A stretch of DNA of 43,346 nucleotides from Atractiella rhizophila (lineage: Eukaryota). Both the position numbers and the translations under genes were made by a program. Of the stretch, positions 34,178 to 43,346 are shown piece after piece (the stretch's first letter is position 1; each line of letters opens with the position of its first letter). The stretch covers positions 1-43,346 of the forward strand of contig MU271568.1 of the NCBI GenBank assembly GCA_021432655.1, given 5' to 3'. A model generated the notes under the pieces. That model was not told the origin of the DNA, made no database searches, and saw nothing but the letters and a program-made list of their open reading frames with translations.

Positions 34178-35561
34178 ATGGCGTCGGCTGTGGCATACAA
34201 GAAGGCAGATTACATCGAGACTGACACGGGCAATAAAGTGTCGAGGAAATGTGTAATCTGCGGTAGCCAAAATATCATGCTGGGAGGAAAGACGATAATT
34301 CAAGTAAGCTTTCTTCCTTGTCTTGTTTCGCAATGTCCCCTTCTTTGCATACCTTATGCTGCAACTTTGACAGAATTGTTTTACATTGTTCTGCATTTTC
34401 TCGCGGTGATGCGAGTGGACTCGGTACTTGTCGTAATGTCTGGCGATTAACCAACACTGTCAGTGAAAGGTAATCCTTCTGCCACACGGCTTGGTTACCC
34501 CAACCCCTATTAATGGCAGGAGGATAGCAATGACGCACATTTTCCTTCGTATTCATATGATTGAGTTCAACATCAATCTATTACGTGGGGACGGTTGAGT
34601 TTCCCTTTGTAATAACGGTCGTAACAGGAGATGTTATCAGATCCTTTAAGGACGATTAACACGAGAAAACAAGTTATAGCAACTCTCTGATACCAGTCCC
34701 TTTCTTTTCTTCCGTCCCAGATCTCTGTCCACATCTAGGAATCCTTCAGACACGCTATTTTTTCCCTGCATCGGTATGTATGTGGCATCTGGCAACCTGG
34801 TGCCTTGATTGGAATGATTCTGGGTGAAGGCTTCATGCAAACGCAAGCAGGATCGGTTACGTCAGCCTCGAGCTTACTATAGCTAATTGCCGTGGTCATG
34901 ATTATGAATACGTTGGGTCTGATTGTTCTGCTCCTTCAACTTGTACAGAACGCAATCATCCGAGGTGACCTTCGCCGCTCCTCAGCACCAACCGTTGGCT
35001 CGGCAGCCGTCCACTCCATCGTGATATCCATTGGGAAATACTGTCTTATCTCGGACGGAGTAGTCGTCCGCCCCTCTTACAAGACTTACAAAGGGTATGG
35101 ATTCTGTGATCATATCAAAACACGAATACTAAATGAGAGATCAGTGTCTTTTCGTATTATCCTATGAAAGTAGGGGATAATGTGCACATTGGCGCCAATA
35201 CCGTGCTAGAAGCGGCCAGTGTAGGGAATGGAGTTGAAATTGGGAAGAATTGCGTTATCGTTCGTGCCTCCACCTCTTATCTTCACATGTTACTCAGCTG
35301 AAGAGTAGGGGAGGTTTTCAATCCTGAAGGACAACTGCAAAATAGCGGACAATTCCATCGTTACTCCAAACACCGTGGTTCCATCCCTCTGCGTATATGG
35401 CGGTCAACCTGGTCAGGCTTTCTTCTCCTGTAATTATACTCGCGCTGAAAACGGGGACTTCGAATGGAACAGCACGTTTCATAGAAGAGCTACCTGAGGT
35501 GACCCCCGAGGTGGTGGAGCAAAAAACGAAGAGCTACTATGCAAGATTCTTGCCAGAGTGA
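34178..35561 (+). CDS. DCTN5: Dynactin subunit 5 (p25), left-handed beta-helix
   Basis: [13 protein letters not shown]...[49 protein letters not shown]...YYARFLPE*. First intron 34304-34948. Confidence 0.93.
34304..34948 (+). other. Unusually long (645 nt) structured first intron of DCTN5
   Basis: GTAAGC donor and CTGAT...TACAG acceptor; internal hairpins and internal splice signals. Confidence 0.7.
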
Positions 35562-35621
35562 CATCATCCTTCTACTTCTACTTCGAATTAGTGAACGGTG
35601 TTATCCCAAGTAGCGAGAATG

Positions 35622-36311
35622 TCAGGACTGTCTAGCTAGTGGGTGCATGCACAGCAGGACTCGGATCGATCGTAGTGTCATCTTGTTGACGTGCATGACA
35701 ATGTAATAATTTTGGGTAATGTTCATGTGTACCAGAATTAAATAAGCTGAGCATACGGTCTTCAGCTAGAATACTAGCTGTCAGTCAGGATTCTCAACGT
35801 GTGAGTGAGTAGCCTTACCTTGTTCTCCGGTCCGAGTGCAAATACAACCTACTCCACAAACCCAACACCCTTGATGGTTTTTCATGCTTCCGCCAGTGCC
35901 AGAGATCTCGCTCGATGCATGAAATGAAAGAAGGTAGCTGGCAGGGGACATATCGTCACTGACTTTTGAATCTTCTAGTTTCAGCTCCTCTTGTCCTGCA
36001 CTGGCGCGAAGGGGAGGATGACACGTGTTCTCTTTGCCGTCCTTGAAGTCGGCTGGAACGATGGAGCCCGCTGAAGATACACTGAAAACCTGAGCAGTGG
36101 CTGAACGTATCGGGGAGAAATGGGAGGTGACAGGGGAAGGGGAGAGTTCGAGAAAGCTGGTGCCAACAGGATATCTACGCGATAACTTGTGAGGTTTGAC
36201 TGTGGTGGAGCTGCATTTATCGAGCAAGCCGGATCGGATGGGCGAACGTAATGTTGGTGCTATAGGAAGCTTTGAGAGCATAAGCGGTGGCGGCGCGAGA
36301 GCTCGATACAT
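35622..36311 (-). CDS. Hypothetical protein (Ser/Pro-rich, CWVCGVGCIC motif), probably 3 exons
   Basis: AAAATG start and a 176-aa ORF. In-phase introns GTAAGG...CTGAC...ACAG and GTATGC...AAG lead to a TGA at 35622. Confidence 0.45.
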
Positions 36312-37145
36312 TTTCTGATGAAGGGTATTGTTCTGGGGAGAACGTTGCAGGAGTCTGGGATTTATGAGTTATCACAATCTCAGATTTTGTCATTCTTCTT
36401 GTTACCTAAGTCAATAAGGATCAAGAAATGGGTTTCAGGAGATAGCCTCGTAAAAAGCATACATTTGTCGGACAAGCAGACATCGGCGATAAGGGACAAG
36501 GGACAAGGTATGTAAAGGTTTTAAGCTCCTCAAATCATGCACCCAGAGGTAATGGAGATTGCGTGTTTTTATTGATGGAGTCTGAGCAGCCGGTGGAGAC
36601 AACAAACAAACCAAAAATGGTTTCGTTAGGAGGCAAACAAATAGAGCGATATGGCAAGACCCTGAAAGAACGACACACAATTGAGATTTGGGCAATTCCA
36701 AGTTGCATAAGGTTGAGTACGCTCCCATGGTCACATGGGATGAAGCTGACACGACGATCGTACATATTTGGAAATGTTCTGCCTTATCCAATGTTTGATG
36801 GAAACAGAAGCTTCAAAGCCTACATCATTATGGATCTGCGATTTATAGAACATCATTTGTAATTGAGAATGATATGTTGGCACCAAATTAGTATTTTACT
36901 ACCGAAGTTCAGCAGTCAATTTATGGTATCACGTGACGGATCTACTTGTTTCTTTCATTTCATAACCTTTCAATGAAAGCCAGAATGGTCAGGTAAACGG
37001 ACGTGTGGTATGTTTTGTACGTCAATTTAATACGCATGTTCGTGTATTTCATAAAGTACACTTATTCAAGTCATGCGGATTTAGGCGTGGACGAATTATG
37101 AAGATTAACTAGAATGAAGCAGAAGCGTCCAGGAAATAGAACTAA

Positions 37146-37419
37146 TCATTGAATGGGTCCATTGCATTTCGACGTCTATTATTAAGATCAAACGTGAGAG
37201 TGAATGGGGGAAGATTTGTCCGTACATGACGTCTAAAATTCTCTTCTGTATAGTATCGTTTCCCACAGAAAGGGCTGTTACGTTTATGAGCAGAAGAGGG
37301 TTTTTGGGGAAAGACACACCAGTACCACTCATTGGGGGCGGGCTTGCTGAAGAGGAAAGCGCTGAAAAGTTTCGTGAACGCCACTTCAATGTTGAAGAGT
37401 GAACATACAAGAATGGCAT
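37146..37419 (-). CDS. About 38-43 aa single C2HC zinc-finger microprotein, 4 exons
   Basis: Spliced product MPFF(AFLFS)KPAPNEWYCPFCGKRYYTEENFRRHTSKCNGPIQ*, through three GT-AG introns of 45-62 nt. Confidence 0.6.
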
Positions 37420-38458
37420 TACAGTATACACAGTTGATTGGAGAGCGTGGCAGAGTGCAGGATCGAGACAGGCTCTTCTGGTAAAAGGCGATGCTCAGAA
37501 CCTGGACACACCTCGAGCTTTTTATGGGTCGAACAGTGCCAGGAGCATGGACCAACAGGGCAAAAATGAGAAACTCGCTTTGATCTGGGTTCCGGCCAGA
37601 GATTCAAATCAATAAATGTCGTCACCCATCCTCGCTTGTTTCTGCAACCTTGAGCGGGAGATCAAACTGTCAACTCCCGCTGAACCCAATCTTCAATCTT
37701 GTCTGATCCACCTGGGCTCGAAGCTGGTCAGCGTTCAACATGATAAGCCCTTGCACAGCTATGTCACTCTATGGACTATCTTGACGCGCTCTCAACGCCA
37801 GCGGCCGACAGCAGCTTCAGAGTAAGAAAGTTAGAGCAGCGCGTCGTGACTCAATACAAGCGATCACATGAGGTCCATGCGTTTGGGTCCTCCATGACAG
37901 GTTTCTCCACCATGCAAGTGCAAGGAACGTTGTACTAACAGCCCTGATACTTCGCTTCCTAAGCGTAGGATGCACCAAAGCTGATCTGTGTAATAGAAAT
38001 AGATGAACTCTTGTTCGAAACTTAGATCAGCAGAGCGAACCACAAGATTTGACTCTTGAATCCATCATCTCTACGGCGTTTTGCCCATGAAGTTAATCTC
38101 GATGAAGAACCGGGAAATGGCAACTGTCCCTTCGATGAAGATTGCTTACAGCAGTCCCCTTTCGCATTATTAACATCCGTTTCCATCGGCGTCTCCAGCC
38201 TTTGCAAACTTCATTCTACTCATCCGCAAGGTTTGACACCTGTAGAGAAAAAGTCTGATCGTGGAGGAGAGGTGGGGGCAGGGGGGGTGTAGTATGGAGG
38301 CGATTACTCTTTGGAGGTGAAGACACTGCGTCGCAGGATATTAGCTTAACATCTGACCATCAGCTAAAGATTAGACGCGGATTTACTTACTGATCAAATT
38401 AGCATTCACTGGCGAATTACGAGTCTAGTAATACAACAACCGAAGTTCGAACGGAACT

Positions 38459-39231
38459 TCACAGCATGTCGTAGTCATCCAGCTCGTCCTGTACACCCAA
38501 ATAAACTTAGCACATGCTCCTCCGAAATTCGTTGCAAAAAGACTGACATTGTAACTCATGACATGCCTCTTCAGTTTCGATGTGTCGACCCAAGTGACAA
38601 AGTCCTCCATATTTCTGTGTTCACTCGTCAATCCTCTTTCACTTGAAACAAAACCACTCGCCTTGTTACCAGAAAGCTAGGGTCTGTGATAACATCAGTA
38701 CCAACCCTGACATGTCCTTGCTCAATGTACATTGTCGCATCTTTGACGGTTTGGGCCATCTTGAGCTTCGCTACCATGACTACAGGCAGCCTTCTTCTAC
38801 AGAAGGCAGCGACAGTCACTTTTCGTCCCTTCTTCCCCTCAGTCGAAGGACTCTCATCGAGCAGATCCTCTAATTTAGCTCCCCGCTCAAGAAGACCGAC
38901 ATCGTACAGCTTGGACAGAAGGAGCGTTTCGTATTTGTCTTTGTACGCGCTCGATGAGCGTGGCAGCTTGGACAGAAGGTGAGAAAGCTTCAGAATTTCG
39001 CCCACCAGGGAATTGTAGGAGTGGTAGTGAGATTGATCAGGCAAGTGATAGCGTCGAATGGTCGTAAGTGCATGGTTCGGCAGGTGCGATTTCTTCGATG
39101 TAGAAGAGGCAGAGAAAGTTAAAAAATCGACTAACACACACTGTCAATATACTGATCCATCAAACAGGGGTTACACGATGACGCGTACCCTTTTTGAGAA
39201 GCTTCTGCTCATGATATTTGAGTTGCCGCAT
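38459..39231 (-). CDS. IMP3: U3 snoRNP protein Imp3 (S4-domain family)
   Basis: [69 protein letters not shown]. Confidence 0.95.
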
Positions 39232-39393
39232 GTTTATCAAAGTAATGGGTTTCTGAGGAAGTTTTTGGGCACGGGTAAAAGTTACACGCTTGAGGTCGAC
39301 GAAGCGATTTTGTGTGACTGTCCCTCGAGTGAGATGCAGTCAGAGACCAAGTTAATCGAGCAGAAAGCAATGGTGAAAAAAAGCAAGCTCGAT

Positions 39394-39459
39394 ACCATGA
39401 CTCTAACCATGACTCAAGAATGGATGAAGAAGTTGAAGTAACTTCTACTCAATGACTCA
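39394..39459. promoter_or_regulatory. Cluster of TGACTC(A) (AP-1/Gcn4-like) motifs in the IMP3/POLD4 divergent promoter
   Basis: TGACTC at 39398; TGACTCA at 39410 and 39453. Confidence 0.45.
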
Positions 39460-39560
39460 AACAGAGTGAAACGACGAACTGCACAGGGTAGCTTTCATCA
39501 ACTTCTCCTTGCTTATTCTCTACCAAAAGCGAGAATCAGAACAACCCACGCAACCTCATA

Positions 39561-40283
39561 ATGGCTCCGAACAAGAAATCCATAGCTTCAACTAGCACCT
39601 CCAAAGCCAAGGCTTCCTATTCCGACTTCTCCAGGACGAGAGGTGCGGGAACGAGTGCGAAAGGAAAGGGGAAAAAGTTGGTTCACGTTTCAAGCGAGAG
39701 CGAAGAGGAAGTTATCAGTGACGTGAAGAAGCATTATGATTTGGAGGATGATTTCGACTGGAGTTCCAAATTTGCGCGATTCTACAGAGCATATGCAACG
39801 AGGGAGACCTGGCATCAAGGAAAAGGGTTCAGTGCGTCCTTCCATCGCTTTATTTAACCATGCTTTGGTTTATGAATTTGTTTGATAGTTCACACAAAGG
39901 GTTTGAATGATTTGGATCACACTCTTAGGCTTTGGGATGAGGATACCATATACGGCCCAAGCATTGGGTTATCCCGTGAGTTCTATTCTTTCTCGTGCTC
40001 CCAAGAGAGTCAGCCGTTGAATCCTGTTGTGATTAAGGCATGGAACGCTGGGAAAGGGCCGAAGAGCTGGGCCTCAATCCTCCAGAAGAAGTATGTGGTT
40101 TCAGTCGCCTATAAACGGGTTTAGTCTGTCTGAAGCAGAATTAAACAGATCAAAGAGATTTTAGAGATATGTGAGGATATTGAGACGAGAGAGCTCAAGA
40201 AAGTAGCATCTGGAACTGCTCGAGATGCACTTGCCCGGAGTTTTGAGGAAGAGTTCAAAACTTGCGTTTTCGCTCATATCTGA
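39561..40283 (+). CDS. POLD4: DNA polymerase delta subunit 4 (p12/Cdm1-like)
   Basis: Spliced LRLWDEDTIYGPSIGLSRMERWERAEELGLNPPEEIKEIL matches the family motif LR.FD...YGP..G.TR.ERW.RA..LGL.PP.E. Confidence 0.88.
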
Positions 40284-41097
40284 GTCCATCTCTCTGCTCC
40301 TTTTATTTTTGATTTACCTTCAGTCCCATATGTTCCTTGTTTCCTGCTCTGTGTTCTGCCCGAACGTGATGTACACATTCTTTATATCCGTGACACTTGC
40401 CGTGTAGTCAAAGCTGTTCTGAAGAGACATTCTCCCTCCATCCCCTTGTTTCGAGCTTTTGGTGTCCCGATTTCTCTTAATCGGTTTGACTCATTTGAAC
40501 CAATGGCACTTCCTTAACATGAGCGTAATACCTTAAGTCGGCTCACAACCGGCCAGGAATTCCTAATTTCTTTTGTTGACCTTCTAATGGGCTAATTCGA
40601 GCGAACGTACCTATTGTCAAAGTGGAGCAGGTAGCGATAATACAGTAATGCTCAGTCAGCTTTCCTGTCTCCTCGCTTGTCCCTCGCCCCTCTAAAGCAC
40701 ACGGCTTTCTGCAGAAAATCTGAGCGTCGGAGAGCGCGGTGGGGAAGATTGCTGGTTGTTACCGTGATTATGATCCCCTGCTGTTCCTTGTTCGCGACGA
40801 CTGGGTCAATGTGCATTACCCGCTCCCTATCTAACGATGTACCCGCATTGACCGAAAGTTGATGATGTCTTGCAACTATTTGAGACGACGTGATGAGCCC
40901 CGCGGTCTGACTAAGTAGTCTGTATGTACGGTCAGCCAGCCAAGGAAGCCAACAGAAATAAGAAAGAGCACGCACGCAAGCAAGGAAAAAAAACGCGCAC
41001 AGACAGAGAGATGGAAGAAAGAATAGCTAGCGGTCGAAGAAAAAATACGGAGCAAACAAATACAAACAAACAAACACCTACTGACGCGTCAGGAAAG

Positions 41098-42411
41098 ATA
41101 TATGTAACTCCTTTTTCCAATGACCAAGGTCTAGTCTGACATATTTTTCATAGTGGGGGGGATCTTCTCGCAGAGTTACACCCGACTGTGTACCAGGTCA
41201 CGGCCCTTGTCCGATCCAAAACTCAGATTGAGAGGCTGAATATAGTCTACCCCAACATTACTTTCGTCCAAGGGGACTTGGAGCAACTCGCTCTGCTCGA
41301 GGACCTGGCGAGCCAGTCAACCAGTCCGCCACGCTCTCCTTTGCTCTTTCTCTGCTAACCTAACCATTACAGTCGTATTCAACACAGCTTCTAGTTACCA
41401 TAAAGAAGCAGCATTAGCATTGATAAAAGGATTGTCGAAGTCCTCTACAAGTAGAAAGCACTTCGTCCACGTTCGTAGAATCTCGCTGGCTCACATATCC
41501 TAATGCCAATGTTGGCGTGTCAGCTTGCCGGTTCTTCAGTGCTTTGTGATGTTTTGGCTGTGCACCATGCCGATGCTTCGAGAAAGGAATGGAGCGACGA
41601 CGATTATGAAAGCATACACAACTGGGAATCTGCGGAGTGGAATAAGCACCCCTATTCCAAAGTGAACGTGGCGATCGTGGAGGAATGCGAAAAGATTGGC
41701 GTCAAGGCTCACATTGTTTATGCTCCACTCATCTGTGCGCCACTTTCGCGTCTTCTTGACTTTCTTGTTGTCGTTAATGTTGTCCTAGATGGCCGCTCTA
41801 GGTCCATTTTTCACCCCGAATCCGATCAAGTCCCTAAATTAGTCGGTGTCGCAATGAAGAACAGAAGAGCTGCTTATCTCTTCGACGGTGCTAAAGAATG
41901 GTCCAACATTCATATTTTCGATGTTTCACTCTATATTATGGCCTTGCTCAGAGGAATCGAAAGCGTTCCGTCAGGTAAACAAGGAAGATTCTTCGCTGTG
42001 GCGGGAAAGCATAGCTGGAAGCAACTTGCGGAAATGATTTCTGTGGTCAGCTTTTCCTTTCAGGTTGATCTTCTACCAGCGATTGATGAAACACCCTGTT
42101 GTGTAGGTGTTGTCCTTGTCTCCCGCCACACCGTATGCGGACATGAATGACGCAGTCCAAGGCTTCACTACAGCTGGCTACACGCATCCTTCTGCACCTA
42201 TGGAAATGTTTATTGCAGTGGGCTTCACTTCCCAGTGAGTCTCCTCCCTACATTATGCCGCTGACGCGAACGCCACGGGAACAGTTCTCTTTTGAGAGCC
42301 TCCAACGCAGCCAAAATTGGATGGGCTCCCACTCACTCCAACGACAATACCTTTGCGCAGGCAATCAAGGAGGATTATGTGCTCCTCCAGTCAACTTCGA
42401 ATGACTTGTAG
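41098..42411 (+). CDS. Atypical SDR / NAD-dependent epimerase-like protein; start exon not identifiable, possibly 5'-disrupted
   Basis: YIGGDLL...VTALVRS...VQGDLE...VFNTAS...HFVHLAGSS...IVYAPLI.GR...WSNIHIFDV...IGWAP. The GxxGxxG start is not recoverable in frame. Confidence 0.65.
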
Positions 42412-42519
42412 TAATGCTTGCGTGCGAATAATTCCAAGAGATGTTGAACCAAGATCTTACCGAGCCTTTTGATCACGACAAAACATAGGCGAACGTGGAT
42501 AAAAATGTTAATATTGCGG

Positions 42520-42830
42520 CAGCTCACTGGATCTTCCGCGCTCTGCGATGTAGTAGCACAATACTATTGGGTGGCTTGGAGAAAGAATGGACTGAGGCAG
42601 ACTATGAGGCACTTTAGCAGTGGGAACAGGAGGAGGGGAATGTTCATCCAAATGCAAAAATGGGAGTGTGAGAGGCTAGCGATGAAAGGCTATATTGTCT
42701 AAGCTGCGTTGATCTGTATGTGGTTTCTTACTGTCTGCTGCCCGCCGACAAGACGATAGAAGGACGGTCCAGATCAATATTTCATCCATCCTCAGATCAG
42801 CTTCTAAATTAGTTGATCTTGCGAATTCAA
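42520..42830 (+). pseudogene. Decayed partial tandem duplicate of the upstream SDR gene
   Basis: LTGSSALCDVVA / KEWTEADYEAL*QWE / ECERLAMKGYIV*AALI / GRSRSIFHPSSDQ parallels the upstream copy, with stops, frameshifts and a deletion. Confidence 0.8.
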
Positions 42831-43121
42831 ACTCAGCACTGGATAGGAATGGGTGTCACATATACTGATGATGAAAGAAGTAAATTATTAGCTTTGCACG
42901 ACAATGATGTGAGAATAAATCCATATTGTCTGAATGAGAATGTTGAGTGCAGGTGGTTCCAGGAAAGAACCGTACGGCGTAACTGACGCATAGATATGAT
43001 TTCGAATTGTTGGCGAATGTATTGGATATTGATTAGGAGACGAAACGAAACGGTGATATAGCATAATCACATGTATGTATGAACGATTGGGTAGAAATTC
43101 GAGGTCAACAGCGTCCTTCCT

Positions 43122-43346
43122 TCATTCCGGCTTGACCGCCATGACGACGGAGTGCTGGCCTCCCGTAGTCGCTTTGACCATGAACCACTGCTCCTCCTTG
43201 ATTAACTTGCTGCCTATCCTTCTCGGCGTTTCGACCACGTCGTCATCTCCCAATCCAAGTTGACTTTGTCCTCCATATCCCCATCCATACAGCTCGCCAC
43301 CCTCTCCAATCGCAAGATTATGCCTCGTCCCCGCCGAAATGTGGAC
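43122..43346 (-). CDS. RCC1-repeat protein C-terminus (Ran GEF Srm1/Prp20/Pim1-like); 5' part outside the window
   Basis: VHISAGTRHNLAIGEGGELYGWGYGGQSQLGLG...ETPRRI...TTGGQHSVVMAVKPE*. Confidence 0.85.
   Translation of the reverse strand, partial: VHISAGTRHNLAIGEGGELYGWGYGGQSQLGLGDDDVVETPRRIGSKLIKEEQWFMVKATTGGQHSVVMAVKPE

Noticed and set aside
34870..34940. RNase MRP-like GAGCTTACTAT and U12-like branch CTCCTTCAAC
   Set aside because: There is no matching CR-I/P4 partner and no RTATCCTTT donor.

Overview
Eukaryotic genomic DNA that is gene-dense and intron-rich. Most introns are 45-65 nt GT-AG with CTRAY-type branch points. Gene content (including a DUF6534-type membrane protein) and intron style point to a basidiomycete fungus (inference). 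Manual splicing supports about 17 genes: two inverted paralogous MDR/enoyl-reductase-like genes, a DUF6534-like multi-TM protein, an AMID/AIF-like oxidoreductase, an ELL-associated factor (EAF) protein, a MATE transporter, an intronless alpha/beta hydrolase, SWC4, a PHO89/PiT phosphate transporter, SWR1, SIS1, dynactin p25, IMP3, Pol delta subunit 4, an atypical SDR with a decayed tandem copy, the 3' end of RCC1, and some hypothetical genes. No tRNA, rRNA, CRISPR array or clear transposon was seen. Most interesting: (1) two abnormally long, stem-rich introns (849 nt in EAF, 645 nt in dynactin p25) with candidate poison exons, the EAF one also carrying duplicated hairpins; (2) a 4-exon, ~40-aa zinc-finger microprotein missed by the ORF track; (3) a SWR1 apparently lacking its N-terminal HSA region, close to SWC4; (4) several 6-9 nt micro-exons; (5) recognisable promoter motifs. 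All exon models were built by eye and need RNA-seq confirmation.
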